Assembly: GCA_964551835.1 (NCBI GenBank)
Contig: CAZKEM010000092.1
Location: forward strand, 1,598-65,597
Source: an uncultured Acidimicrobiaceae bacterium
GTDB taxonomy: Bacteria > Actinomycetota > Acidimicrobiia > Acidimicrobiales > SZUA-35
Reading direction: 5' to 3'
Length of the DNA: 64,000 bases
Shown in pieces: positions 33,782-44,334 of the stretch. A model generated the notes under the pieces. The model had not been told where the DNA came from and searched no databases. It saw nothing but the letters and a program-made list of their open reading frames with translations. Numbering within the stretch: position 1 is the first letter of the stretch; each line of letters starts with the position of its first letter. The translations under genes and the position numbers were made by a program.

Positions 33782-36337
33782 GTGACCGAATCATCTCGAC
33801 TGCCGCTCCACACCATCCCAACTCATTATGACCTCGCGCTGCGACCGAACTTGGAAACAGACTCGTTTTCGGGCTCCGTCGTGATAGCGGCAGAAACTAC
33901 AAAGGCCACGAACTCCATAGTTCTGAACAGCGAAGGTCTTGAGATCAGGACTGCCGCCGTATCGAACAACGGCCTGACCCAACAGCCCCGTATCGAAGTC
34001 GACGACGAACAGGGACAAATCGCGCTGCGTATCACCGACACCCTAACTCCCGGTGAGACGACAATCGAGCTCCACTTCTCCGGCCAGTTCAACGACCAAT
34101 TGGTCGGCCTATATGCGAGCACATTCGAAAAGGAAGGAGAAGCGCTTAAGCTGGCAACTACACAATTCGAAGCAACACACGCACGTAAGTGTTTCCCGTG
34201 TTGGGACGAGCCGGCGTTCAAATCTACGTTCTCGTTGTCAATCACTGTCGAGCAGGGTCACGAAGCGGTTGCTAACAGCGCTGAAAGGTCACGAACGGCG
34301 AATGACGACGCAACGACAACAATAGTCTTCGAACCAACTATAAAGATGAGTACCTACCTGGTGGCCTTTGTGGTTGGGCCGCTAGAAATGACCGATCCAG
34401 TCATGGTTAGAGGCGTCCCGTTACGGATCGTTCACGTACCTGGCAAATCCGCCTTGACTCCATTCGCTCTCGAAGTCGGTGCCTTCGCATTGGACTACTT
34501 TACAGAGTACTTTGGCATCGAGTACCCGGGTGACAAACTCGACCTCGTCGCGATCCCAGACTTTGCGTTCGGAGCCATGGAAAACCTCGGCTGTGTGACT
34601 TTTAGAGAAGTCTTGCTTCTAATCGACCCTGGTTCAGCAACCCAACCTGAGCTACAGCGTTCCACAGACGTAATCAACCACGAAATCGCTCATATGTGGT
34701 TCGGTGACTTAGTCACGATGAAATGGTGGAACGGGCTTTGGCTAAACGAGGCGTTCGCCACCTTTATGGAGATGAGGTGTACCGATGCCTTCCGTCCACA
34801 ATGGCAACGGTGGGTCGAGTTCGGTGTATCGAGATCGGATGCCTTTTCTACCGACTCGTTGCAAAACACGAGACCCATCGAATTCGAGGTAATCCATCCA
34901 GAAGACGCCGAAAGCATGTTCGACGTGCTCACATATGAAAAAGGAGCAGCCGTCGTCCGCATGGCTGAACAATTTCTAGGTGAGAAGGCGTTCCAAGCTG
35001 GAATAGCGCGCTATATGCACGAACATTCATATAGCAACGCGGAAACGACTGACCTTTGGGACGCGCTCGAAGCCGAAACCGGCCAGCCTGTTCGAAAGAT
35101 GATGGACACGTGGATTTTCCAAGGCGGCTTCCCCACCATCACCAGCTCGATCAAAGACTCGACCCTCACACTCACGCAGAAACGGGTAACCGTTTCGACG
35201 ATGCCGGCTACGGAGACTTCAGAGCAACTATGGTCTGTTCCGGTCCAGTATCGATGGTTGGCCGAAGGAGAAACCGAACCAACAACAGACTGGGTGTCGC
35301 TCGAAGGCGAGACCGCCTCGGTCGAGCTGGGGGCGACACCGCAATGGGTGGTTCTTAATGCCGAAGCCGCCAGTTTCGTTCGGATCGGATATACGGCTAC
35401 CCAACTGGACCATCTCGCGGACATCGCAGAGTCTCATCTGTCAGCAATTGAGCGGTACAACCTCATCGACGATACGTGGGCGTCTGTTCAGGCGGGCGAT
35501 ATCTCGTCCATCAGCTATTTGACGCTGCTAGAAGCACTCGCTGGTGAATCTGACCGGTCGGTCTGGCTCCGCATCATCAAGGGACTGCACCAAATTCGTC
35601 GGCTAGTGACCGGTGACGCCCGAAACAGGTTCGAAGACATCGCCCACGACATTTTGTCGCCTGCGTTGGCAAACCTAGGACTCGGACCAGTCGACGGTGA
35701 CAGCGATCGCACCAAACAACTTCGAGGGGACCTGATCAGGGCGTTTGGTATTGTCGCCAACAACGACGAAATACAGAAAGAAGCTAAACGGGCCGTCGCT
35801 TCCGAAATCCGCAACGCCGGGCTTGTCGATGCCGCAGTCTTGGCGGCCGCGGTCGACATCTCGGCCCAGCACGGCGACGAAGTTGATTTCGACGAATTCG
35901 TTGCGCAATGGAAGTCCGCCACCAGCCCCCAAATCGAACAACGCTACCTCGGGGCACTCTGCGACTTTCCAGACGATGAACTCGTCGGGCAACTTCGTGA
36001 TCGAGTTCTGTCTGGCGAGGTTCGGTCGCAGAACGGGCCACATTTGTTGCAGCGGGCTCTGACCAATGAATTTGCAGGTCCACAGACATGGGAATTTATT
36101 AAGACCAATTGGGACCAGCTAACAACCCAATTCCCAACTGCGTCAATCGTGCGCATGGTGTCCGGTATTACTGCACTGGTATCGCCAGAACAGGTCGCTG
36201 ACTGCTCACAGTTCTTCGCCGATAACCCGGTGAGCACAGGTCAACTGACGTTGGCCCAGATTTTGGAGCGCCAACAGGTTGAAGCTGAGCTGACTGCGAG
36301 GGAGTCCGATGTTCTCCGCCGATTTCTAACTAACTAA
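33782..36337 (+). CDS. pepN: M1-family aminopeptidase N
   Basis: 851 aa. GAMENLGCVTF exopeptidase motif and HEIAHMWFGDLVTMKWWNGLWLNEAF (HExxH-18-E). ERAP1-like C-terminal domain. GTG start. Confidence 0.9.
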   Translation: MTESSRLPLHTIPTHYDLALRPNLETDSFSGSVVIAAETTKATNSIVLNSEGLEIRTAAVSNNGLTQQPRIEVDDEQGQIALRITDTLTPGETTIELHFSGQFNDQLVGLYASTFEKEGEALKLATTQFEATHARKCFPCWDEPAFKSTFSLSITVEQGHEAVANSAERSRTANDDATTTIVFEPTIKMSTYLVAFVVGPLEMTDPVMVRGVPLRIVHVPGKSALTPFALEVGAFALDYFTEYFGIEYPGDKLDLVAIPDFAFGAMENLGCVTFREVLLLIDPGSATQPELQRSTDVINHEIAHMWFGDLVTMKWWNGLWLNEAFATFMEMRCTDAFRPQWQRWVEFGVSRSDAFSTDSLQNTRPIEFEVIHPEDAESMFDVLTYEKGAAVVRMAEQFLGEKAFQAGIARYMHEHSYSNAETTDLWDALEAETGQPVRKMMDTWIFQGGFPTITSSIKDSTLTLTQKRVTVSTMPATETSEQLWSVPVQYRWLAEGETEPTTDWVSLEGETASVELGATPQWVVLNAEAASFVRIGYTATQLDHLADIAESHLSAIERYNLIDDTWASVQAGDISSISYLTLLEALAGESDRSVWLRIIKGLHQIRRLVTGDARNRFEDIAHDILSPALANLGLGPVDGDSDRTKQLRGDLIRAFGIVANNDEIQKEAKRAVASEIRNAGLVDAAVLAAAVDISAQHGDEVDFDEFVAQWKSATSPQIEQRYLGALCDFPDDELVGQLRDRVLSGEVRSQNGPHLLQRALTNEFAGPQTWEFIKTNWDQLTTQFPTASIVRMVSGITALVSPEQVADCSQFFADNPVSTGQLTLAQILERQQVEAELTARESDVLRRFLTN

Positions 36338-37488
36338 TGAAGCGTCCCCGGAACCGAATATTTCCGGCTTCGCCGCTACAGGTCTTCGCCGTCGAGACAG
36401 ATACCTTACAGCTCGCATGGGGAAATTTGCCGGCTGGAAAAGTCACCGTCACGGCGGCACCAGCTGTCGTGACAATTGAGCACCCCGGAGGGCCAGGCAC
36501 TGTTGAACTGAGAGGGCTTGAGCCCGGGACATCTTATGAACTGGTCATCGACCTTCGCCGCGGGCACTCAAGCGAACGTTTCGAACTTACGGCTACAACG
36601 CTCGCCAAACCAGAAGGTAAACGCCTGTCAAAGTTTGCCACTATTAGTGATCTACATATCGGAGCCCGGAGTTTCGGCGCTCTGAGCACCATGACAGATA
36701 TCGAACCAGGTGGGGAACCCTTTGCCCATCGGTGTGCACGCGCTGCGATCGAGGACGCAATCGATTGGGGCGCCGAATTTCTCGTCATCAAGGGCGACAC
36801 GGTCCACGCTCAGTCAACCGAAAACATGGCCGAGCTTGGAAAGATACTTGACGACTTCAGCGAGCTTCCGATGATGCTGCTCCCGGGCAACCACGACGTC
36901 GATCAACGTGGCGACCTCGACGAGCTTCCCGTAATCGGAAGTCGGGGGCTTCGTTTCGTTGAAGACGTTTCGACCAAGGAACTGCCAGGCCTTCGCCTCG
37001 TTGGGGCCGATACGACCATCAAGGGAAGAGGAGTCGGAACCCTTGGACACGTCTCCGACAAGATTCTGGACGAAATTAGCCGTGACACACCGTCGCTCGT
37101 CTGCATCCACCAACAACTGCAACGCCACACCACAAACCGTTACTGGCCTCCAGGTATCCCCCGCCAAGAATCAGACCTTTTTCTAAACCGGCTCGCAGCG
37201 ATTAGACCCGATTCATTCGTTACTAGCGGGCACACCCATCGTAACCGAGTCCGTATGCATGGCTCAGTCACCATCTCAGAGGTGGCGTCAACAAGGGATT
37301 GGCCTGGTGTGTGGGCTGGGTATTCTGTTTACGAGGGCGGCCTCACACAAACCGTTCGGCGAATATCTGCTCCCACTGCTCTTAGGTGGCATGAATACAG
37401 TCGCCAAGCGGTCGCTGGATTATGGAATTTATGGTCACCTGGCAAACTCGGTGACCGGTGTATCAGCCGGCAATGGAAGACGACATAA
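36337..37488 (+). CDS. calcineurin-like metallophosphoesterase with N-terminal Fn3-like domain
   Basis: 383 aa. ISDLHIG, KGDTVH, LPGNHD, SGHTHRN. The start overlaps the pepN stop (TAATG). Confidence 0.8.
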   Translation: MKRPRNRIFPASPLQVFAVETDTLQLAWGNLPAGKVTVTAAPAVVTIEHPGGPGTVELRGLEPGTSYELVIDLRRGHSSERFELTATTLAKPEGKRLSKFATISDLHIGARSFGALSTMTDIEPGGEPFAHRCARAAIEDAIDWGAEFLVIKGDTVHAQSTENMAELGKILDDFSELPMMLLPGNHDVDQRGDLDELPVIGSRGLRFVEDVSTKELPGLRLVGADTTIKGRGVGTLGHVSDKILDEISRDTPSLVCIHQQLQRHTTNRYWPPGIPRQESDLFLNRLAAIRPDSFVTSGHTHRNRVRMHGSVTISEVASTRDWPGVWAGYSVYEGGLTQTVRRISAPTALRWHEYSRQAVAGLWNLWSPGKLGDRCISRQWKTT

Positions 37489-37579
37489 GCCGCCGACAGG
37501 CGAGACACCTTGGGACTGATGCCGTCGTTTGGATAACAAACGCCAACGATTCAACATGACTCCAAGGTAAGATTCGGAC

Positions 37580-38335
37580 ATGTCAATTGTGGCTGCGACT
37601 TCGCTGACCGATCAAATCGACTCCGTTTCTCAGAACCAACTAAAAGTCGCCTTTGTGGCCGCAGTCGTGATTTCGGTGGTGTTACCCCGCCTCCCCTACG
37701 GCCGAAGACTGCTGTTCCCGTTTGCCCTTCTAGCGACCTGGGCCCACGAGCTAGGCCACGGCGTCGCCGCCATTTTAATGGGAGGACGATTTACCCGACT
37801 AGAGGTCTACTCCAACTTGGGTGGAACCGCTTACTCTTCGGGGGTTAGGAACGGTCTTGGCCGTGCATTCGTTTCAGCCGGGGGGTTGTTAGGTCCAGCG
37901 TTAGTCGGCGGATTGATCATTATCGCAGGCTCGAGGCAGGAGACAGCACCATATGTTCTGGCCGCAGTTGCTGGGTCGGTCCTGGTCTCGGTCGTCCTCG
38001 TCCTTCGAAACCAGTTCGGCCTGATTGCCATGAGCATCATTGGCCTAACCCTGGCCGTTATGGCGTGGAAAGGGCCCGAACTGGTTCGACTGCTGGTCGC
38101 TCAGCTAATCGGTATCCAGTTCTGCCTGGCCAGTTGGGGGACCCTCGACTATATGTTCACCAAAAATTTTGTTCGAGGCGACCAAGTAATCAATTCTGAC
38201 ACCCAAAACATTTCTGACGAACTAATTCTGCCTTACTGGTTCTGGGGTGGGTGTATCGCCGGCGTTTCGGCCCTGATTTTGGCCAGCTCGTTCTATGTTG
38301 CATGGGTCCGCCCGGAGTTCGCTCCGACAGGCTAG
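37580..38335 (+). CDS. M50B-like integral membrane metallopeptidase-family protein
   Basis: 251 aa, polytopic. WAHELGHGVAAILMGG motif in the first TM region. Confidence 0.65.
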   Translation: MSIVAATSLTDQIDSVSQNQLKVAFVAAVVISVVLPRLPYGRRLLFPFALLATWAHELGHGVAAILMGGRFTRLEVYSNLGGTAYSSGVRNGLGRAFVSAGGLLGPALVGGLIIIAGSRQETAPYVLAAVAGSVLVSVVLVLRNQFGLIAMSIIGLTLAVMAWKGPELVRLLVAQLIGIQFCLASWGTLDYMFTKNFVRGDQVINSDTQNISDELILPYWFWGGCIAGVSALILASSFYVAWVRPEFAPTG

Positions 38336-38372
38336 ACCTTTCCTGAGAGCACGGAGCGGCTAGGATTAGGAG

Positions 38373-39743
38373 GTGGAATCGATCGAGACCGTCAGAGCTT
38401 GCTTTGAGTCAGGTAAGACCCGTTCGCTGAGCTGGCGAAAACGGCAGCTATTAAGTCTTGAGTCGCTAATCACCGAGAATAGAGATGAACTGTGTGAGGC
38501 CCTCGCGACCGATGTCGGAAAACCCCTCTCTGAGGCTTGGGCCGCTGACCTCCATCCAGCCTTGAACCACATCCGATTTCTTCACAAGAATTTTTCGTCG
38601 TGGGCAAAGCCACAAAAAGTGGCGCTGCCTCTTATAGGACAGCCCGCTAGAGCGTACACGGTGGCCGAACCCCTCGGTGTCTGCCTCATAATGTCACCCT
38701 GGAACTACCCTGTTTTACTTACTCTGACCCCGCTGGCGTCCGCCTTAGCGGCCGGCAATGCGGCAGTCGTAAAGCCATCGGAGATAGCGCCTGCGACGGC
38801 CAAGTTGTTATCGAGTTTGGCCGGGTCTTACCTAGATTCTGATGCCGTCCAATTCTGCCAAGGCGGCCCAGTGATGGCAGAAGAGTTACTGAGCCATTCT
38901 TTCGATCATATTTTCTTTACCGGCTCGACGAGGGTCGGGCGGCTTGTAGCACAAGCGGCCGCTTCTTCGCTCACCCCCGTCACCCTCGAACTTGGCGGCA
39001 AAAGTCCAGCCATTGTTGACCGGTCGGCGAACATCGCCTCAGCAGCGAAGAGAATCGCATGGGGAAAATTTCTAAACGCAGGACAGAGTTGCATCGCCCC
39101 TGACCACGTTTTAGTACATGGCGACGTTAAGCAGCAGTTCGTTGAAGAGCTCCAAAATTCCGTCGAGGCCTTCTTCGGAGACGATCCAGAGTCGAGTCCA
39201 GACTTTGGTCGAATGGTGTCGGCCAAACATACAAGTCGAGTCGAAGCAATGATCAAGGCAAATGACAGCGGTCAAGTAGTGCTCGGCGGCGAAGTGAACC
39301 ATACATCCCGCTACGTCGCTCCAACCATTTTGGTCGATCCCGAGCCGACATCGGCTGTCATGACCGACGAAATATTCGGACCCGTCCTGCCGGTACTGTC
39401 TGTACCTTCAACCACCCACGCCATCTCCCTCGTAAGGGCGGGGCCAAAGCCATTGGCACTGTATCTTTTTGCGACCGAGCAGTCCGTAAAGGCCGCCGTG
39501 CTAAACCAAACCAGCTCTGGCTCGGTTCTAATCAACCATACGATGTTCCAGTTCGCTATACCCGCATTGCCGTTTGGTGGAGTTGGCGATTCCGGACAAG
39601 GACGTAACCATGGCCACAAAGGGTTCGAGAATTTTTCGAATATCAAATCGGTGATGCATAAGCCTTCCGGCTATGAACTCGATGTGATCTACCCTCCGGC
39701 TACTAAGACAAAGAAATCGATATTGCGAAGGCTGTTGCGATAG
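38373..39743 (+). CDS. NAD(P)-dependent aldehyde dehydrogenase (class 3-like)
   Basis: 456 aa. LELGGKSP, catalytic GQSCIAPDHVLV, EIFGPVLPV. Confidence 0.9.
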   Translation: MESIETVRACFESGKTRSLSWRKRQLLSLESLITENRDELCEALATDVGKPLSEAWAADLHPALNHIRFLHKNFSSWAKPQKVALPLIGQPARAYTVAEPLGVCLIMSPWNYPVLLTLTPLASALAAGNAAVVKPSEIAPATAKLLSSLAGSYLDSDAVQFCQGGPVMAEELLSHSFDHIFFTGSTRVGRLVAQAAASSLTPVTLELGGKSPAIVDRSANIASAAKRIAWGKFLNAGQSCIAPDHVLVHGDVKQQFVEELQNSVEAFFGDDPESSPDFGRMVSAKHTSRVEAMIKANDSGQVVLGGEVNHTSRYVAPTILVDPEPTSAVMTDEIFGPVLPVLSVPSTTHAISLVRAGPKPLALYLFATEQSVKAAVLNQTSSGSVLINHTMFQFAIPALPFGGVGDSGQGRNHGHKGFENFSNIKSVMHKPSGYELDVIYPPATKTKKSILRRLLR

Positions 39744-39758
39744 TCCGAGGGGTCCGCA

Positions 39759-40799
39759 TTAGAGTAACTGGAATCGTGGGTTGCCTTCCGTTACCGTGCC
39801 GACTACCGCCGCTCGGTGCCCGGTTTCTTCCAATTCTTGAACTACGTTCGCAGACTCGCCCGGGTCTACCCCAAAGACAAGTCCGCCTGAAGTCTGAGCA
39901 TCGGAGATCAACAGCTGGTGGGTTTCGGGGTGAGAACCGGGCTCAAATAGCTCGGCGCCCCATGACAGGTTCCGACGACTACCTCCGGGCATCACGCCTT
40001 CGTTCGCCAGCCCGACCGCTCCTTCGAGGAACGGAACCGATTCGAAGGCAACTGAAACCGCTACCTTCGACTCGATGGCCATACGTCCTAAGTGCCCCAA
40101 CAAGCCGAAGCCTGTTACGTCGGTGCATCCCGTCGCGCCAGCGGCCAAAGCGACGCTAGAAGCAGTATCGTTGAGGCGAACCATCGAATCCACGGCACCA
40201 GCCGCTATATCATCGGCAGCCTTGTCGGCCTTTATCGCTGTGGTGATAACACCGACACCCAACGGCTTGGTCAAGATCAGTTCTTGACCTGGCTTTAGAC
40301 CCGTGTTGGTCAAGATTCTTTTTGGATCAACCTCACCGGTAACCGACATTCCGTATTTGGGTTCTGGGTCGTCGATCGTATGGCCGCCCACGATCGCAAA
40401 GCCGCCAGCAGTTGCCACATCCTGACCGCCCGCTAATACTTCACCTAGCAGTGATGTTGGCAACGCTTCGGTGTTCCAGCCGACGAGATTGAGAGCAAAC
40501 ATTGGCTTGGCTCCCATTGCGTAGATGTCAGAGACGCTATTCGCCGCCGCCACACGACCCCACGTTCGGGCGTCATCGACAACCGGCGTGATAAAGTCAG
40601 CCGTCGAAACTAGTGCCCGCCCTTCGTCGAGTTTCCATACCGCCGCGTCGTCGCCCGTTGAAGGTCCGACCAACAACTCTTCTGTGGTGTCCGTCTGCAA
40701 ATCACGCACAACGTGCGCGAGCTCGCCTGGGGCGAGTTTGCAGCCTCAACCGGCTCCGTGGCTGAACTGGGTAAGTCTAAACGATGTTGGTTTGCTCAT
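39759..40799 (-). CDS. selD: selenide, water dikinase (selenophosphate synthetase), selenocysteine-containing form
   Basis: The track ORF (39759..40709) lacks the SelD N-terminus. Reading upstream in the same frame gives MSKPTSFRLTQFSHGAG-TGA-GCKLAPGELAHVV-RDLQ..., where the TGA (40748..40746) sits at the position of the active-site Cys/Sec of GxGC/UGCK. The rest matches SelD (DDAAVWKL, STADFITPVVDD, AANSVSDIYAMGAKP). Confidence 0.85.
40716..40748 (-). promoter_or_regulatory. in-frame UGA plus candidate bacterial SECIS hairpin of selD
   Basis: UGA GGCUGCAAA CUCGC-CCCAG-GCGAG CUCGC. The stem starts 10 nt after the UGA. The alternative self-complementary GCGAGCUCGC adjoins it. Confidence 0.5.
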
Positions 40800-40900
40800 T
40801 GTGCTCTTCCACCCATCCAGATTCATTACGTCGCAACCATACTTTACTGACAAAAGCCAGCCTCGACTGACCATCGAAGGCTACAAACGTTGGCTGTCTC

Positions 40901-42556
40901 CTACCTTAGACTTCTCCTGATCCAAGACGACACCAAGTCGACTAGTACCGTGACGAGCAACAGAGCGACAATAGTGGCCAGAACGCCGTCGTAGTCGAAC
41001 GATGAAGTCTGTTCGCTAAGCCGACGTCCGAGGCCTGCCGCTCCAACGACGACAAGTATCACGGTTTCACGGACAACTACTTCCCAACGGTAAAGGCTCA
41101 ATGCTGTGAAGCGTCCAGCCACCGCAGGCATCGTGGAATACAGCAAGGTGCCCGGAGCGGACGCACCCATTGCACGCAATTCCTCATTAGGGCGTCGATC
41201 ACGGTTTTCAAGAACTTCTGCTTGGAGGCGACCAAGGATACCTGCATTGTAAATACCGAGGGCGACTACCGCAGGCCAAAGCCCGGGAAACAAAACAAAC
41301 ACAACAACGAATGCCCAAACCGGTGGCGGCACAGATCGACTAACAAGCATCGCGAACCGGGTGAGCCTCGAGCACAACCTCCGGAAACGGGCTTTCTGTT
41401 GACCAGGCCCTGGTCGCTGAGCTACAAACGCCAACGGTGAGCCAACGACGACGGCCAAAGCGATCGAAAGGATGGCTAATGCTACGGTGTGCAACGAGTC
41501 TTCAACCAACTCGGCGATGCCACCCGGACCAACTTGTGGGGGCCACGCATCAGCCAACAGTCCCCCGGCCAATGACCGGGCACGAGGCGCCCACAACGTC
41601 GACAGATCCAGATTGAGCCTCCAGATTGCAACCGGGACGCCGACAGCGCAGACCAGAGCACTAAGCCGCAAGAAACGATCGCCGGCAGGCCGCCACGAGT
41701 TCATGCCAACTTCTACCGCAGCCATCCTGCGGCGACGCCGGACCGATGAGGACCACCAGTCTGCGACGCCACTCAAAAAAATTAGCGCCCAAAGGAAGGT
41801 CCACATCTGGTCATAGCGCAACGACTGGAACGAAAGGGCGAGCTGGAAACCTAGACCACCGGCTCCAACAATTCCTAGAACTGCCGCACTTCTCAGACTG
41901 CACTCGAACCTATAGAAGGCATATGAGAGTAAGTCATTCAGCGCGTGGGGTACTGTCGCAACTAGCAGGGCGGTAATCCGGCCGGCGCCGGTGGCCCGCA
42001 AATTCAACTCGGGGCCTTTCGGAACCTCGTCGAGCAACTCGGCAAATACCTTGGCAGTTACAGCACCGAACGGGATACCAATGGAGAACACGGCCACGAG
42101 CGGGTTTAGGCCCAGAATATTCACCAAGATCAGACCAAAAACGATCTCATGCATCGAGCGCGGAACGACGAAGGCCAGCTTCGCCCCGAGCCAACCAATT
42201 CGACCTCGACCCATAGGTCTATGACCTGAACTCCAGAGGCGCTCGCTCAGCAGAATCCCTCCAACAGAACCGATGACTAGTGCCAGCGCCGTTCCGACCA
42301 ACGCATAGCCGATAGTCACCGCCGACTCCCGCACGGTCAGCTCCAGGATGTTCGGACTCAGGTCGGGCCTAAACATCGCTCCGAAGAACGACCGGACTTG
42401 TGACCATCCCCGAGGGTTAACCAGCTCAGTCGGATCGATTCCTGCCACCCAGGCGGAGCAACCCACGGCGACCCCGAGGGCTGCAAGCCAACTAAGGCGA
42501 ACGCGATCGTTTGGCTTTCGCGGCACATCCAGCCCAGCGGAAACGTGGCGTTCCAT
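40901..42556 (-). CDS. phnE: phosphonate/phosphite ABC transporter permease, fused double PhnE
   Basis: 551 aa with two PhnE-like modules. Each ends in the family block YRFECSLRSAAVLGIVGAGGLG / YRWEVVVRETVILVVVGAAGLG. Confidence 0.8.
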   Translation of the reverse strand: MERHVSAGLDVPRKPNDRVRLSWLAALGVAVGCSAWVAGIDPTELVNPRGWSQVRSFFGAMFRPDLSPNILELTVRESAVTIGYALVGTALALVIGSVGGILLSERLWSSGHRPMGRGRIGWLGAKLAFVVPRSMHEIVFGLILVNILGLNPLVAVFSIGIPFGAVTAKVFAELLDEVPKGPELNLRATGAGRITALLVATVPHALNDLLSYAFYRFECSLRSAAVLGIVGAGGLGFQLALSFQSLRYDQMWTFLWALIFLSGVADWWSSSVRRRRRMAAVEVGMNSWRPAGDRFLRLSALVCAVGVPVAIWRLNLDLSTLWAPRARSLAGGLLADAWPPQVGPGGIAELVEDSLHTVALAILSIALAVVVGSPLAFVAQRPGPGQQKARFRRLCSRLTRFAMLVSRSVPPPVWAFVVVFVLFPGLWPAVVALGIYNAGILGRLQAEVLENRDRRPNEELRAMGASAPGTLLYSTMPAVAGRFTALSLYRWEVVVRETVILVVVGAAGLGRRLSEQTSSFDYDGVLATIVALLLVTVLVDLVSSWIRRSLR

Positions 42557-42564
42557 CAGGTACT

Positions 42565-43311
42565 TCAGAGCTCGTCAAGCTTGTAGAGGTCGTCGAGTAG
42601 CTCATCTGTGACGTCGGCCGACGGAAGGTCGAACTGCACGCTACCGGATCGTAAACCCACGATCCGATCGCAGTGTTGAAGCGCCAGAGCGGCGTCGTGC
42701 ATGCTCATGATCACGGTCTTTGTGGACGCAGAGTTGCCCTTCTTAGTCAAGATAGCCATTACTGAGTCGGAACGAGCTGGGTCTAGCGAACTGACTGGCT
42801 CGTCGGCCAACAACAAGTCCGGGCCCTGAAACAGCGTCCGCGCGATCGCCGTGCGTTGTTGCTGGCCACCAGAAAGCTGATCGGTACGGTCCCAAACTTT
42901 GTCGCCGATCCCTACTTGGTCGAGCGCCTGCATTATCTCGTCAATCGGACCGGGGCGAAACAGTGTCGCCACCGCCTGCCGTGCTGACCGGCTGCCCAAG
43001 CGACCGGCGGCCACATTGTTTGCAACCCGAAGACGCCCGACCAACGAAAAATCTTGGCTAATGATGCCAATCCGAGACCGCTGAGATCGATACGCCCGGC
43101 GACCAAGGTCACGCGAATCGACCCCGAAGATCTCAACCTTACCTTGCGTCGCCAACGTCAGTCCAGAGCAAAGACGTAAAATGGTCGACTTACCAGCTCC
43201 CGACGGGCCGACAAGCCCGACGCGCTCTCCGGCTCGAATGTTAACGGTCAGTTGGTCGATGGCAGCGTCGGTGCTCTCAGGGTACCGAACCGTCGCCCCA
43301 TCGATCGACAC
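42565..43311 (-). CDS. phnC: phosphonate ABC transporter ATP-binding protein
   Basis: Walker A GPSGAGKST, signature LSGGQQQR, Walker B LLLADEP. GTG 43311 lies 8 nt after the phnD stop and gives a PhnC-like N-terminal length. Alternatives are ATG 43377 and the ORF maximum at 43428, both overlapping phnD. Confidence 0.85.
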   Translation of the reverse strand: MSIDGATVRYPESTDAAIDQLTVNIRAGERVGLVGPSGAGKSTILRLCSGLTLATQGKVEIFGVDSRDLGRRAYRSQRSRIGIISQDFSLVGRLRVANNVAAGRLGSRSARQAVATLFRPGPIDEIMQALDQVGIGDKVWDRTDQLSGGQQQRTAIARTLFQGPDLLLADEPVSSLDPARSDSVMAILTKKGNSASTKTVIMSMHDAALALQHCDRIVGLRSGSVQFDLPSADVTDELLDDLYKLDEL

Positions 43312-43318
43312 AATTGAC

Positions 43319-44215
43319 TTAGCCGTCGATCTGGCCAGTCTCTCGGCCGACGGTTTCGATGCTGTCGTAGTTTCCATTTTCGGTTTCGATAAAGGACTCC
43401 GCACCAAAGAAATCAAGAATTTCTGCATGTTCTGGGTCGTCTGAATCGAGCTTCATCAATGCGTCGATTATTTCGGTCTGAAGGTCTGCGTCGACCTCGG
43501 GGCGGACGACCCAATGGTAGTCGTAGTACGTTGGCGTCTCGAAAACGACGTCGACTTTAGTGAGGTCAACGTCTCCCGTTTCAACCCTGGCGTCCCAAAC
43601 CTGAGAATTTAAGACACCGACCTCGAACGTGCCTGCTTCAACAAGTTTTATGGTGGCGTCGTGCGATCCGCTGTACACTGGCTCGCCATCAAATTCGTCC
43701 AGAGAAACCCCTGCTTCGCCCAGAAACGATTGTGGCATGAGTCGGCCTGAGGTACTCGATTCGGAACCGAACGTAAGACTTCTTCCGGCAAGCACGCTGA
43801 GTCCCTCCACGTCGGTTATCGGCTCTATTCCAGAATCTGTGGCAGCTATAAAGACCGAAGTAAATTTCTGGTCAATATCACGTTGAGCAATCGCCTCAGC
43901 ACCCTCGACCCGTAAGCGAGCCTGCACCCCGGTTAGACCTCCAAACCAGGCGAGGTCTAGGTCACCTACGCCAAATGCGGTAACCGCTGCTTCATATTCG
44001 GTAACCGGCTCAAACCGCACTTCCATATCTAGTTCTTCAGACAGATAGGCGGCAACGAGCTCGAAGTTGCGAGCTAATACCTCAGGTTCCTGATCGGGAA
44101 TTGCCCCGATGACTAGCGGGCCTTCAAACCCGCCAGCGGCTTCCGCTTGTTCAGCGGAGCCACACGCTGAGGCTAGTAAGACCAGTACAGACAATATTGA
44201 TAACAGGCGACGCAT
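43319..44215 (-). CDS. phnD: phosphate/phosphite/phosphonate ABC transporter substrate-binding lipoprotein
   Basis: 298 aa. Lipobox LLASAC. PhnD-type TFGSESSTSG motif. Confidence 0.85.
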   Translation of the reverse strand: MRRLLSILSVLVLLASACGSAEQAEAAGGFEGPLVIGAIPDQEPEVLARNFELVAAYLSEELDMEVRFEPVTEYEAAVTAFGVGDLDLAWFGGLTGVQARLRVEGAEAIAQRDIDQKFTSVFIAATDSGIEPITDVEGLSVLAGRSLTFGSESSTSGRLMPQSFLGEAGVSLDEFDGEPVYSGSHDATIKLVEAGTFEVGVLNSQVWDARVETGDVDLTKVDVVFETPTYYDYHWVVRPEVDADLQTEIIDALMKLDSDDPEHAEILDFFGAESFIETENGNYDSIETVGRETGQIDG

Positions 44216-44334
44216 TCAGCCGACCCTTTCATTCCTTGATAAGTAATAGTTAAACGAATACAAACTGCCAAACCCAGTGAGGGCATTGGTTTTCGGTAGA
44301 TTCGGACCCCACCTGACCTGGGATTGCATCCGAA

